Shown here piece after piece: positions 10,640-25,402 of a stretch of 64,000 bases of DNA (positions within the stretch are counted from its first letter, which is position 1; every line of letters begins with the position of its first letter). A program made the position numbers and the translations under genes. The DNA comes from Mobula hypostoma (Eukaryota), in NCBI RefSeq assembly GCF_963921235.1, contig NC_086097.1, positions 26,786,001 to 26,850,000 of the forward strand, read 5' to 3'. The notes beneath the pieces were generated by a model. The model worked only from the letters and a program-made list of their open reading frames with translations, made no database searches and was not told the origin of the DNA.

Positions 10640-13600
10640 AGAGCCACCAATGCAGGGTGGGAGCCATTTGAAAAGAAGAAGGCTCGTCGGGAGTGAGTTT
10701 CGTTTGAGCCAATAAAAAGAAAGGATATGTAACTGGAGCAACCATTGTTGGAGTGGGCTAATGCTAGAGTGGGAGGCTTTGACAAGTTCAGGCGGAGGGT
10801 CTAAGTAAGTTTTTTCCCTTCCTTTGCCTATTGGCACATAGCCAGTGCACTGAATGGGTCTCGAGTTAGTGGTATGTTGTTTGTGTGAGATGTGGGAACT
10901 TTGGGAGACCTCCAGTCTCCCTGATAACTACACATCTGTATGAAGTGCATCGAACTGCAGCTCCTTAGAGACCATGTTAAGCAACTGGAGCTGCAGCTCG
11001 ATGACCTTCGGCTCATACGGGAGAATGAGGAGGTGACAGATAGGAGTTACAGGGTTGACTCCTACTTAACCCCTAAGTTGCAGGAGTCAGGAGAGGGAAA
11101 AGGAATAGGTGGCCAGTGCAGGGTATCCTTGTGGCCTTTCCCCTCAATAATACGTATAGCACTTTGAATAATGTTGGGGAGGGCATCCCACCAGGTGAAG
11201 CTGCAGTGACTGGGTCTCTGTGTGGCTCAGAAGGGAACAGGGGAGAAAAGGAATGCAGTAATGATAGGGGATTCCACAGTTAGAGGAGCAGACGGGAGAT
11301 TCTGTGGATGTAAAAGAGACACCCGGATGGTATCTTGCCTCCCAGGTTCTGGAGTTCAAGATGTCTCAGATAAGATCCACAGCATTCTCAAGGGGAGGGT
11401 GAGCAGATATTGCTATCAACAACTTAGGCAGGAAATGGGAGGAGGTGCTGAAGAGAAAATATGGGGAGCTAGGTAGAAAGCTGAGAAGCAGGACTTCCAG
11501 AGTAATAAACTCTGGAATGCTGCTTGTGCCACGTGCCTTTGACTGTAAGAATAGGATAATTTGGCAGACAAATGTGTGGCTAAGGAATTGGTATTGGGGG
11601 CAGGGTTTCATATTTCTGGATCATTGGGATCTCTTCTGAGCAAGGTATGACCTGTACGAAAAAGACAGGTTACACCTGAACCCAAAGGGGATGAATATCC
11701 TTGTGGGAAGGTTTGCTAGAGCTGTTGGGGAGGGTTTAAACTAATTTGGTAGTGGAAATGGAACTGGAATGATAGGGCTAAGGATGGGGCAGTTGGTATA
11801 CAAGTACAACTGATGTATTATGTAGTGAGACTGAGGATGAACAGGCAGATGATAGGGCAAAATTGCAATCAGTGAGATGAGTTGAGGTATAAATGGAACC
11901 AAAATTGAAAAGAGTTATGAATACAGGATTGAAGGTGTTACATTTGAATGCACACCGTATACGGAATAAGGTAAATGATCTTGTAGTGCAGTTAGAGATT
12001 GGCAGGTAAAATGTGGGCATTTATGAGTCATGGCTGAAAGATCATAGGTGGGAGCTTAACATCCAAGGATACACATTGTATCAAAGGGCAGGCAGGTAGG
12101 CAGAGGGGGTGGGGTCACTCTGTTGGTAAAATAAAATGACATCAAATCCTTAGAAAGAGGTGACAAAGGACTGGAAGATGTACAAACCTTGTGGGAAGCA
12201 TTAAGAAACTGTAAGAGTAAAAAGACCCTGATAAGTGTTATATACAGGCCTCTGAATAATAGCCAGATTGCTGGATATATGTTACAATGGAAGGTAAAGA
12301 AGGCGTGTAAAAAAGTGCAATGCTACAATAGTCATAGGGGATTTCAGTTTGCGGGTAGATAGGGAAAATCAGGTTAGTCTTGGATTGCAAGAGAGAATAT
12401 GTAGAATGCTAAGGAGATGGCTTTTTAGGGCAGCTTGTGGTTGAACCCACTGGGGAAGGCAATTCTGGATTGGGTGCTGTGTAATAAACCAGATTTGATT
12501 GGGGAGCTTAAGGTAAAGGAACCATTAGGAGTCAGTGATTATGATAGAATTCACCCTGTAGTTTGAGAAGAAAGAAGTCAGATGTACTAGTATTACAGTG
12601 GAGTAAAGGGAATTCGGAGGCACAAGAGAGTAGCTGGTCAAAGTTGACTGGAAGGGGACACTAGCAGAGACAATGACAGTACAGAAATGGCTGGAGTTTC
12701 TGGGGGCAAATTGGAAGGCACAGGATAGATACCTCCTGAAAAATGAAGAAGTATACTAAAGGGAGAATCAGAATTAGGTTTAATATCACAGGGAATAGCT
12801 TGTGAAGTATGTTGTTTGTGGTAGCAGAACATGGAATACATAATAAAAACTATAAAAAAAATAAGAAAATATGAAAAAAAGAATGAAATAAGTAGTGCAA
12901 AAAGAGAGAGAAAAATACATGAGTTCATTGTCTATTCAGAAATCTGATGGCAGAGGCAACATTCCTGAAACATTGAGTGTGTGTCTTCAGGGTCCTGTAC
13001 CTACTCTTTGACAGTAGCAATGAGCAGAGGGCTTTGAGGATGAGGGCAACAACAGCGGGAAGTTAAAGACAACATAACAAAGAGGGCATATACTATAGCA
13101 AAAACTAGTGGGAAGTGAGAGGATTGGGAAGTTTTTAAAGACTAACAAATGACAAAATAGAAAATAATGAGAAAAATTATAAGATATGAAGGTAAGCTAC
13201 CCAATAATGTAAAAGAGAATACCAAAAGCATTTTTAGATATACAAGGAGCAAAGGAGAAGTGAGATTGGATATCGGACTGCTGAAAAATTATATTGGAGA
13301 GGTAGTAATGGGGGCATGGAAATTGCAGATGAACTTAATACATTTTTGCATCGATCTTCACTATGGAAGACACTAGCAGTATGGCAGAAATTTTAGAGTG
13401 TCAAGAGACCGAAGTGAGTGCGGTTGCTCTTATTCAGGAGAAGCTGCTTGGGAAGCTGAAAGGTCTAATGGTAGATAGGTCACCTCGATCAGACGGTGTA
13501 CACTCCAGGGTTCTGAAAGAGGTAGTTGAAGAGATTCTGGAGGCATTAACAATGATCTTTTAAGAATCACTAGATTCTGGAATAGTTCCAGAGGACTGGA

Positions 13601-15010
13601 AAATTGAAAATATCAGTCCACTCTTTAAGAAGGGAGGGAATCAGAAGAAAGAAAATTATAGACCAATTAGCCTGACTCCAGTGGTTGGGAAGATATTGGA
13701 ATCCATTATTAAAGTTGTGATTTCAGGGTACTTGGAGGCATATGATAAAATAGGACAAAGTCATCATGGTTCCTCAAGGGGAAATCTTGCATGACAAATC
13801 TATTGGAATTCTTTGAGGAAATAACAAGCAGGATAGACAAAGGAGAGTCAGTGGATGTTGTTGACTTGGATTTTTAGAAGGCCTTTGACAAAGTGCCACA
13901 AATGAGGCTGCTTAACAAGTTAAGAGCTCATGGTAATACAGGAAAGCACGTACAGAAGATTGGTTTACTGGCAGAAGGCAAAGAGTGGGAATAAAGGTGA
14001 CCTTTTCTGGTTGGCTGCCAGTGACTAGAGGTGTTCCACAGGGGTTGATATTGGATGCTTCTTTTCACGTTATATGTCAATGATTTCGATGACATAATTG
14101 ATGGCTTTGTGGCCAAGTTTATGGACATTAGAAAACAGGTGGAGGAAGCATGGAGTCTGCAGAAGGACCTATATTGAGAGAATGGGCAAAGAAAAGGCAG
14201 ATAAAATACAGTTTAGGGAAGTGTATGGTCATCCACTTTGGTAGAAGAAATGAAGTTGCAGAGTATTTTGTAAGTGGGGAAAAAATTCAAAAATCAGAGT
14301 TACAAACAGACTTGAGGGTCCTTGCGTAGGATTCCCTAAAGGTTAACTTGCAGGTTGAATCACCGGTAAGGAAGGTAATGTAATGTTAGCATTACTTTTG
14401 AGAGGACTAGAATATAAAAGGAAGGATGTAATACTGAGGCTTTCTAAGGTATTGGTTAGACCACATTTAGAGTATGGAGAGCAGTTTTGGGTCCCTGATC
14501 TATGAAAAGATGTGCTGGCACTGGAAGCAGACCTGAGGAGGTTCATGAGAACGATTCTGAGAATGAAAGGGTTAATGTACGAGGAATGTTTGATGGCTCT
14601 GGGCCTGTATTCACTGGCATTTAGAAGAATGAGTAGGGATCTCATTGAAACCTATTGAATATTGAAAGGACTAGATAGAGTGGATGTGGAGAGGATGCTT
14701 TCTATAGTGGGTGAGTCCAGGACCAGGGGCCACGGTCTCAGGATAGAGGAAAGTCCATTTAGAACAGAGATGAGGAGGAATTTCTTTAGCCAGAGGGTGG
14801 TAAATCAGTGGAATTCATTGCCACAGACAGCATTGGAAGCCAAGACATTGAGAATATTTAAAGCAGAGATTGATAGGTTCTTGATTAGTCAGGGTGTCAC
14901 AGGGAGAAGGCAGGACAATGTGGTTGAGAGGGATAATAAATCAGCCATGACGGAATGGTGGATCAGACTCAATGGGCTGAATGGCCTATTTCTGCATCTA
15001 TGCCTTATGC
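10640..15010 (+). mobile_element. Near full-length decayed CR1 LINE (ORF1 with esterase, ORF2 endonuclease and RT), with a nested Rex-type fragment at about 12765-13035
   Basis: ORF1 KCIELQLLRDHVKQLE and VMIGDSTVRG (GDSL/SGNH); ORF2 remnants SPRSDGVHSRVLKE, NYRPISLT, AFDKVP, MRRNFFSQRVV; many stops and frameshifts. Confidence 0.9.
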
Positions 15011-15193
15011 ACTAAGAGTTGTAGTTTGCAGTCTCTTTGCTTCCCTTTCACTGCAGCTCAACCGATGTGTTTGCGATGTTGTTGCAGGTTTTTCCAGCAC
15101 CATCCAGGACATGCCCTGAAGGCACACACTCAACATTTTAAAAATAGCTTCCTTCACTACGCAATCAGATTTCCAAACCGTCCGTGAACACTT

Positions 15194-16312
15194 TCTGAAT
15201 TGACTTTATTACTTACATCCTTCATATACATGATGAGTAAAAATCTTCACGTTACCTCTCTGTCTAAATGTGCAATTTATAGTCATTTATAATAAACAGT
15301 CTGTACGACAGGACAGTCAATATAACATAGAAATAAAGTTGTGTCAGCTTGAATTAATCAGTCTGATGGCCTGGTGGAAGAAGCTGTCCCGGAGCCTGTT
15401 GGTCTGGCTTTTATGCTGCAGTACCATTTCCCAGATGGTAGCAGCTGGAATAGATTGTGGTTGGGGTGACTTGGGTCCCCAATGATCTGTTGGGCCCTTT
15501 TTACACACCTGTCTTTGTAAATGTCCTGAATAGTGGGAAGTTCACATCTACAGATGCGCTGGACTGTCCACACCACTCTCTGCAGAGTGCTGCGATTGAG
15601 GAAAGTACAGTTCCCATACCAGGCAGTGATGCAGCCAGTCAGGATGCTCTCAATTGTGCCCCTGTAGAAGGTTCTTAGGATATGGGGGCCCATATCAAAC
15701 TTCTTCAACTGTCTGAGGTGAAAGAGGTGTTGTTGGGCTTTTTTCACCACACAGCCGGTACGTACAGACCACATGAGATCCTCGGTGATGTGTATGCCGA
15801 GGAATTTAAAGGTGTTCATTCTCTCAACCCCAGATCCATTGATGTCAATAGGGGTTAGCCTGTCTCCATTCCTCCTGTAGTCCACAACCAGTTCCTTTGT
15901 TTTTGTGACATTGACGGAGAGATTGTTTTCTTGACACCACTGTGTCAGGGTGATGACTTCATCACTGTAGGCTTCCTTGTAATTATTTGAGATAAGGCCA
16001 ATCAGCAAATTTAATTAGCAGATCGGAGCTGTGGCTGGCGATACAGTCATGGGTATACCGAGAGTAAAGGAGGGGGCTTAGGACATAGCCCTGAAGGGCA
16101 CCTGTGTTGAGGGTCAGAGGAGCAGAGGTGAGGGAGCCCACTCTTACCACCTGCTGGCAATCTGACAGGAAGTCCAGGATCCAGCTGCACAAGGCAGGGT
16201 GAAGGCCGAGGTCTCTAGGCTTCTTGTTGAGCCTGGAGGGAACTATAGTGTTGAATGTCGAACTGTAGTCCAAGAAAAGCATTCTCACATAAGCACCCGA
16301 CTTCACCAGATG
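15194..16312 (-). mobile_element. Rex1/Babar-type LINE RT and 3' fragment
   Basis: YVRMLFLDYSSTFNTI, QGYVLSPLLYS, IKFAD, KTKELVVDYRR, FYRGTIESILTGCITAWYG. Confidence 0.85.
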
Positions 16313-16794
16313 TGTAACTATTTTCTCACTATTTTGCTGGGTTTTTTTTTCACTATTTTTATTTATGGATTACACTGTACTGCTGCCGCAAGACAACACA
16401 TCTCATGTGTGTGTCGGTGATTACAGACGTGATGCTGCTTCGCACCTGCACCTGATAATAATCCCCATCTGAATACTGAATGATCCCCTGGTATGAAAAT
16501 ATGGACTCTTGACCTCACAATCTACCACGTTATGACCTTGCCCTTTATAGACAGCCCTCTCTACACCTTCTCTGTAACTGCAACACCATATCCTACACTC
16601 TTATTGTTTCCCCTCGTACTGCCCTAATGCCGAGACGTGATGAATTGGATTATATACAAGACCAAGTTACGTGACAATAATAAATGAATTTACATTACTG
16701 CATCCTCTCCCATCACTTCTAACCCCCAGAATTCGGCAATGCAGATGACTGCCATTGGTGTGGTGGGCTGAATGGCCTGTGTTTATACTGTACA

Positions 16795-17275
16795 TCTGTG
16801 GTGGCCAGTGCTATCATGTTTGCTGTTGTGAGCTGGGGCAGCAGGCTGAGGGTGGCAGACACCAACAGAATCAACAAACTCATTCGTAAGGCCAGTGATG
16901 TTGTGGGGATGGAACTGGACTCTCTCACGGTGGTGTCTGAAAAGAGAATGCTGTCTAAGTTGCATGCCGTCTTGGTCAATGTCTCCCATCCACTACATAA
17001 TGTACCGGGTGGGCACAGGAGTACATTCAGCCAGAGACTCGTTCCACCGAGATGCAACACGGAGCGTCATAGGAAGTCATTCCTGCCTGTGGCCATCAAA
17101 CTTTACAACTCCTCCTTTGGAGGGTCAGACACCCTGAGCTAATAGGCTGGCCCTGGACTTATTTCCTGGCATTTACATATTACTAATTATTTATGGTTTT
17201 ATATTGCTTTATTTATACTCTACTCTTGGTTGGTACAACTGTAACGAAAACCATTTTCCCTCGGGATCAATAAAG
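16795..17275 (+). mobile_element. Rex1/Babar-type LINE 3' fragment, same family as 1830-2453
   Basis: Highly similar nucleotide sequence and ORF to 1874-2220. Confidence 0.8.
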
Positions 17276-17489
17276 TATGACTATGACCATGACCATGACC
17301 ATGTCTATGACTATGACCATGTCTATGACCATGACTACGACTACGTCTATGACCATGACCATGACTACGACCATGGCCATGTCTATGACCATGACCATGA
17401 CCATGACTACGACTATGTCTATGACCATGACCATGTCTATGACCATGACCATGTCTATGACCATGACTATGACTATGACTATGACCATG
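17276..17489 (+). repeat. Compound hexamer microsatellite (TATGAC/CATGAC/CATGTC/TACGAC)n, expanded LINE tail
   Basis: Directly follows the CAATAAAG of the LINE 3' end. Confidence 0.95.
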
Positions 17490-20400
17490 CACCACTGAAA
17501 ACTATAGAGGTGGTCAGGCTAGGTTTATTTTTGCTCGTCAGCCTGACTCAGAGCAGAGAGTACTTGTGGAGAACTCCTCACCCATCAAAGAACTCCACAT
17601 TCATTGTTCTTGGAATTAAAGTGCAAATTGCAGCTGTCTACCACTCCCTCCCACAGACAGTGGAGCGAGCAAAGGACAACAAAGCAAGTGTGCAAACAGG
17701 TTTTTCAAAAACGAGCAACAGGCAGGTACCAAGCCTTGTCCAACCCTCATGGGTACAATTAGAGAAGAGGGTTACAAGAAAAGGTCTTGCATGACCCCTG
17801 CTGTGAAGCTTCAGGGTGAAGCTCACAACGAGAACCATACAAACAAGCTACCCAGTCCCTAAGTCACGACGGGCACAGAACAACTCGCTGCTGACTCAGG
17901 ACTGTACTGTTGGATGCAACTCAAACCAACTCATCATAACACCACAGTGGTTGGCCTCGTCAAAGACAGCAGAGCGAGAGGAGGTAGAATAGTGTGAGCA
18001 CAACTCGAGTCTCAACGTGCACAAGGCTATAGAGCCTTTAGGAAGCTGCAGGCTGACCCCTCCTCACTGTACATAAATGGCTCCTCCGCGGAGAGGGTTC
18101 GGAGCAACAAATTTCTGGACAATCTCACCTTCTACAGTCAAGAAAGCACAACAGCGACTCCATTTCCTAAGGAGACTGAAGTGAGTGATGTTCCCCACTC
18201 CCACCCACTTCCCCTCCAATACTAACCAAATTTTACAGGAGCACCACTGACAGCGTCCTGACCAGCTGCATCACTGTCTGGTATGGGAATTGGGAGGCAT
18301 CTGAGGATCATGGGGGTCTCCCTTTCACCCGTCAGAGATATTCATCAGGAGCACTGTTTATAGGGTCGATCCCTCCCATCCAACCCACCATCTCTTTGTC
18401 CCCCTACCATCAGGCAGGAGGTACCATAGCATTTGGACAATGACTGTTAGGATGGGAAACAGCTTCTTGCCCCAGGCCTTGAGTCTACTGACCTCCCAGC
18501 TACCTCTCAGGTCTTGTCACATACGAGGTGCCAGCAGTGTTATACGGTTCACTTTTTAATCTTGTGGTGAAAACGCATTTTATGCTAAATGTCAATCTTG
18601 TGGAATATATGTTACTATTTGTTAATTTATTTGTGGTATTATTACTTTATGTATTGTGTGTGAGTTATACGTACTGTGTTGTGCACCTTGGCCCAGAAGC
18701 GCATCATTTCTTTCGGCTGTATACATGTGTATGGTTGAAAGACAGTAAACTTGATCTTGACAAGGTGAATGAATGGCCAGTCTTTTTCCCAGGGTAGTGG
18801 AGCCTTACACTAATGGGCACAGAATTAAAGGCAAGAAGGGAAAGATTTAAACAGGACCCAAGGAGGGTCTTTTCCCACTCATAGACACAAGCTTCCAGAC
18901 GAAGCAGTAGAGACTTGCTTTGCAATGTTTCAAAGACATTCAGACAGGTACATGGATAGGAAAGGTTTTGAGAGATCTGGGCCAAAGGCAGACAAAGGGG
19001 AATTGGACAGCATGGATGAGTTGAGCAGAAGGGGCTGTATCCGTGCTCTAAGGATAAAGATTAAAGATCAGATTTATTTCTCACACATACTTTGAAACAT
19101 GCAGTGAAATGTATCGTTTGTGTCAACGACAGACACACTCCGAGGATGTGCTGGGGGACAGCTCGCAAGTGTCACAGTGTTTCTGGCACCAACATAGCAA
19201 GCCCTCAATTTACTAACCCTAACTTGTATGCTTTTGGAATGAGGGAGGAAACTGGAGCACCTGGAGAGATTCACAGAGTCACAGGTACAAATTCCTTCAG
19301 AATCAGTTTTAATATAACCAGCACTTGTTGTGAAATTTGTTATCTTAACAGCAGCAGTACAATGCAATACATGATAATATAGAGAAAAAGTAAATTAATT
19401 ACAGTAATTATATATATGTATATTAAATAATTAAATTAAAAAGTGTGCAAAAACAGAAATGATAAATGTTAGAGTGAGTTTTTGGGTAGATGATTCATTT
19501 ACACTTAACTGACTCTGGCCACCAGTCTTCTGTTTGACAAAGTACTGTGGATTGAGTTCATAACAATGCATTTCCTAAAAGCTGTGAATGTCGGAATACT
19601 AGCCAGATGCTGCGGATGGAAGAGTGAAGTTTACAGGTAGCTTCGAAGACAGCATTATCTATACTTTATAAATATTAATTGTCTTCTATGTTAGCACGTA
19701 AAATACCAAATAAACGTATTGTGGATTTAACTTGCATTCCTAAAGGCTGTGGATACCAACCCAGACATGTTGGCGTCGGGAGGAAAGGATGAAGTCAGAA
19801 GGTGTGATGTTTTATATGTAGCTTCAAGAGAAAGCATAGTCTATGCATTATCTATAACTTTGTAAATAGGAATTGTCCTTTGTGTTTAGCAAATAAATAT
19901 CGAGCCCACATTGGGCTAGCAGAACTTTCCACCAACAGTGTCTCTGTCCGTATGATGCCTGCTGTACCTTGTTGTGTCGAACAAAGGTGCTGCTTTGTAT
20001 CTACCAGTAACTGTGTCTCTCCAGTGATTTCATCCACGCCACAACAATAAAAATGAGGTAGTTTTCATGGTTTCAATGTCCATTTAGCAATTGGATGGCA
20101 GAGGGGAAGAAGCTGTTCCTGAATTGCTGAGTGTGTGCCTTCAGGTTTCTGTACCTCCTCCCTGACGGTAACAACGAGAAGGCACATCCTGGGTGATGGG
20201 GTCCTTCATGATGGACGCCACCTTCCTGAGGCATCGCTCCTTGAAGATGTCTTGGATACTATGGAGGCTAGTACCCCGATGGAGCCGACTAATTCTACAA
20301 CTTTCGATCCTGTGAGTAGCCACCCACACCCCCAGCCCCATACCAGACGGTGATGCAGCCTGTGGCTTACAATCAACGGCAGGAATTGAACCCCGATTTC

Positions 20401-20879
20401 AAAGCTGGCGCTATAAAGCTTTACACTGACTGCTTCGCTACGGGGCCACTCTATGACTCAAAATCAATCCCAATCTTGCTTACATCCCAAGAATGCATTA
20501 ATAGAGACTGCGATTACAGATCATCCCAAGACTGCTGCATAACCTCAAAACACCCCAAAGCCTTCAGAAGGCTTTACAGCAGGATTTAATAACAACATCC
20601 CCTATCAGAGATTAAATAAACCTGATCCAGATTCTTAGCTGGAAACTATGGTCAGCAGAGACCAGATGGGCTGAAGGGCCTATTTCTGTGCCGTGTGACT
20701 GATCCCTACTGGTCTGAACTTTCCTGTGCCAAACCGCATAACCCTTAATTCCTCCCTTTGTGAGTACTTATCTATCTTCACCTTAAATCCATGCATGATT
20801 CTGGCTCTGCACCCTCAGGGCAAAGAATCCTAGAGGTTTGGCCAAGAAATTTGTAATTGCATTCTTTCTTTAAAAAAAT

Positions 20880-21530
20880 ATAGCAATGGCCTTCATAAAT
20901 CAAAGAATTGAGTGCAGGAGATGGATTGGTATGTTGAAGTTGTATAAGACATTGGTGAGGCCTAATTTGGAGTATTATGTGTAGTTTTGGTCACCTACCT
21001 ACAGGAAAGATGTAAACAAGGTTGAAAGAGAACAGAAAAAATTTACAAGGATGCTGCTGCATCTAGAGTACCTGAGTTATGAGGAAAGATTGAATAGGTT
21101 AAGACTGTGTTCTCTAGAAAGTAGAAGATTGAGAGGAGATTTGATAGAGCCACATAAGATCATGAGGGGTATAGATAGGGTAAATGCAAGAAGGCTTTTT
21201 CTACTGAGGTTGGGTGGGAATACAACCAGAGATCATGGGTTAAGGGTTAAAGGTGAAAGGTGAGAAATTTAAGGGGAACTTAAGGGGAACATGAGAGGAA
21301 ACTTCTTCACCCAGAGGGTCTTGAGAGTGTAGAATGGGCTGCCAGCACAAGTGGCGGATGTGAGCTCGATTTCTACATTTAAGGGAAGTTTGGATAGGTG
21401 CATGAATGGTAGGGGTATGGAGGGCTATGGTCTTGGTGCAGGTCGATGGGTCTAGGCAGTTTAAATGGTTTTGGCATGGACTAGATGGGGTGAAGGACCT
21501 TTTTCTGTGCTGTACTTCTCTATGACTCTA
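20880..21530 (+). mobile_element. CR1 3' fragment
   Basis: LSYEERLNRLRLCSLESRRLRGDLIE; 3' tail ending CTATGACTCT. Confidence 0.8.
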
Positions 21531-24500
21531 AAATGCCGAATGAGTGGTGGAGGCTTGAGTGGAATACGCATTTCAATGGATTCCTCAACTCAAGGAAAAA
21601 AAATCACTTCTATCCACTTTCCTCCAACACGTCAATCCAATCACATGCTCAAGTGAGATTCCTCACTCCTCAGCTGAGCAGCAGATGAACAAGAGTTAAA
21701 ATCAAGAAACTGACAAGCTCATACCACCCCCAGTCAACCTGAGTGAACACATAGTGGAACAGCTAGTTAGTATCGAACACAGCCAAGGCAGAATCAAGTG
21801 GGGTGAGTTACTCTGGGCAACTGGGAATGAATCAGTGTAGCATTTTATCGATCCCATTATATTTGTTTGTTGTACTGTGAATGTCCACAAGAAAATTAAT
21901 CTAAGGGGAGTATATAGTGACATATATGTACTGTACTTTGAAATCCAATCCTAACCATTACAGCTCACTGTCAGAGAGGTGGGGACGGAAATGACACAAA
22001 CCTGAAATCTTAATTTCACAGTTTCTGCACAAAACTAACTTCTATAAACGTCAGTGAAAAAACTGCCGAGGCTGGTAAACAGAAAATGCTGGGAATACTC
22101 TGCAGCTCAGGCTACACCTGTGGAAAGAGATCTGTTACTATTAACTCCGAAGCCTCAGCTGTTTCTCTTCTCACTCCAGTGGCCTAACCAGCATATCACA
22201 GTCAGAACACATTAAAACAAATAAGGACAGCAAAGTAGTGACGCAGTGTTCATGGGTTTACGGACTGTTCAGCAATCTGATCGCGCAGGGGGTAGAGCTG
22301 CAAACACAAGAGATTCTGCAGACGTTGGAACTCCTGAGCCACACACACAAAATGCTGCCTGACCTGATGAGTACCTCCAGTGGTGGAGAAGCTGTTCCTG
22401 AATCATTCAGTGTGGGTCTTCAGGCTCCAATACCTCCTCCCCGATGGTTGTAAAGAGAAGGGTAATGAGGAGAAAGGATCGCAACTTTATAACGAGCAGT
22501 GGGGTCTTTAGAAGATGTAGGAAGAGCATGACAGCCGCTATATCTCAATAGGTGCTTCAGGAGATTTGGCTGTCTAGCACATTTCTATAGATGCACAGAG
22601 AAGGAGAGTATTCTGCACTGTGATGTATCACCCGACTACTCGCATCACAATCTGGTGTGGAAGCTCCAATGCATCTCCATACTAGAGGGCATGAAGATGA
22701 ATTGGTGCAGAGAGTTGCCAACGCACTCACCTTCATCATAAGCACTACTAGCCTCAAGAAGTTAGTATCCACCATGAAGGACCCTCATCATCCAGCACCT
22801 TACTACCATCAGAGAGGTGGTACTGTTCTAGAGCCTGAAGATGCACACTCAACATTTTAGGAACATTTCTTCACCTCTGCCATCAGATTTCTGAACAGTT
22901 TGTGAACACTACTTCATTAATTTACTCTCTTCTTGCACTTCTTTAATACATTCTTATTGTAATTTATAACAATTTTTATGTATTGCACTGTACTACTGCC
23001 AAACAAAAACAACACATTTCACAACATGTCATTGATAATAAATGTGATTCCGAAGTTTGCATAGTTAATTCTAGAAGCTAGCGTTGAGAAAACTTTCCAT
23101 TCATGTATTTCATGCAAAACAATTTCAATTAATGATGGCCTTCACGCGCCACCTCCTGGAGAATTGCCATACTGCATATACTGTACTGACTTCTGTTCCA
23201 ACACAAACGTCACGGGATATGACTGGGAAGGTTTCAAGAGGCCATACAAGAAATCATGTAAATTACTGGACACCAAAGTTATCTCCCAATCATCTACAAC
23301 ACAGGGTAAATCTACGGAAGATCCCAGTGATAAAGAATATTTAATGCAAAGCCAAAATTATTAAGGTTTATTTGGAGCAACTTAATTTGGACCTTTTGTT
23401 CCTTTCTGAATCAGAATCAGGTTTAATATCCCAGGCATATGTTGTGAAATTTGTTGTTTTATGGCAGAAGAACATTGCAATATATAATAATAAACTATAA
23501 ATTTCAATGAGTACATATAATAAACTAAATTAAATAAGTAGTGCAAAATTAATAGTGTTTAAGGAGGAGATTGAGAGGTATCTAATTAGTCAGGGTATCA
23601 ATGGATATGGGGAAAAAGCCAGAAATTGGAACGAGATGGGAGAATAGTTTAGCTCATGGTGGAGTGGCAGAGCAGACTCGATGGGCCGAATGGCCCACTT
23701 CTGCTCCTTTGTATTGTGATCTTGTGAAAAGGAGAGAAAGAAATAAGTGAAGTCGAGTTCATGGGTTCAATGTCCATTCAGAAATGGCAGATGGAAAGAA
23801 GCTGTGCCTGAATCATTGAGTGTGTGTCTTCAGGCTCCTGTACTTCCTCCCTGGTGGTAGCAATCAGAAGAGGGCATTGACCTGAGTGAAGGGGGGTCCT
23901 TAATGCCAGATGCCACCTTTTTGATGCATCGCCTTTTGAATGTGTCCTTGGTGCTGGGGAGGTTAGTGCCCATGATGGAGCTGGTTAAGGTTACAACTTC
24001 CTGCAGATCTTTCCTATCCTGTTCAGTGACCCCTCCATACCAGATGGTGATGCAACCAGTTAGAATGCTCTGCACAGTACATCTGAGGAAATTTGCAAGT
24101 GTCTTTGCTGACCTACCAAGTCTCCGCAAACTCCTAATGAAATATTCTGTAAAATGCTGGAATTTATTTTTGAACTGCAAGAAACATGAACACCTGCATC
24201 AGTGATATTTGTTTTATTTTTTAAAATCCAAGAAAATTTGGACAACTTTTGAGTTTGATTTTCCATTTTTTTTCCTTGTTAAAAATTCTGATTCTCATTT
24301 GCAAGTTTCTCACCATTTCTCGATTCTGACAGTAACCCTCAAAAGAAATCAGTTCTACCAATTCTGACCTCAGTCAACTTCTTCTCTGGCAGTTCCTCCC
24401 GATCGAGACTATTTGCATTCACTCCAGATCTGCAGGTTTGAAACTAGAAAGGCAGACCCTTCCACAGGTGAGAGCCGACAGGCAGGGGGTGGGTAGATTC

Positions 24501-24626
24501 CGAGGTGGAGTCCACCGTCTCCACGTCAGCAGAGTGTGTGTGCTCCAAATGCAGAGATATCCATTCCCACATGCCCTTGCTCCACTTTGAACCATAAATC
24601 ATAGACCATGTGACAAATAAAGCTAA

Positions 24627-25402
24627 TCAGATTAGATTAGATTCAACTTTATTGTCATTGTGCCAAGTACAGAGGAAATGCATTTAGCATCTGACCAGAA
24701 ATGCAAAGAATAGCGTTATTTACAAAATAACTGCGAATAAAAAGTAAGTGCTACAGCACACAAATATAAAAGTACTGAGACAGTACAATATGGGTGCAAT
24801 ACTGCTTAGCGCTGTGATGAGAGGTTCAGCAGTGTCACAGTCTCAGGGAAGAAGCTCTTCCTGTGCCTGCTGGTGCGGGAGCGGAGGCTCCTGTAGTGCC
24901 TACCAGATGGGAGGAGAGTAAAAAGTCATGGTTAGGGTGAGATGCATCCTTGATAATGCTTTTCGCTTTGCCTGGGCAGCGTTTATGGTAGATGTTCTCA
25001 ATGGTGGGCAATTGGGTGCCAATAATCCACTGGGCAGTTTTCACCACACGCTGGAGTGCTTTGCGGACTGATACGGGACAATTGCCATACCACACTGAGA
25101 TGCAGTTGGTGAGTATGCTCTCAATGGTACAGCGGTAAAAGTCCATCAGTATCCTGGGATAGAGGTGAGCTTTCTTCATGCTCCGCAGGAAATAAAGGCA
25201 CTGTTGCACCTTTTTGATCAGGATGGAGGAGTTCAGGGACCAGGTGCGGTCCTTGGAAATGTGGACACCAAGGAATTTGAAGCTTGATACACGCTTCACT
25301 ACAGCTCCGTTGATGTAGATGGGGAAGTGAGTGTGACTCCTGGCATGCCTGAAGTCCACAATGATCTCCTTGGTCTTCTGGGTGTTAAGGGCCAGATTGT
25401 TC
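24627..25402 (-). mobile_element. Rex1/Babar-type LINE 3' fragment
   Basis: NNLALNTQKTKEIIVDFR...FYRCTIESILTNCISVWYG; short (ATTAG)n tail at the left end. Confidence 0.85.

Noticed and set aside
17204..17794. His/Asp/Tyr-rich and Met/Thr-rich ORFs
   Set aside because: Translations of the hexamer microsatellite
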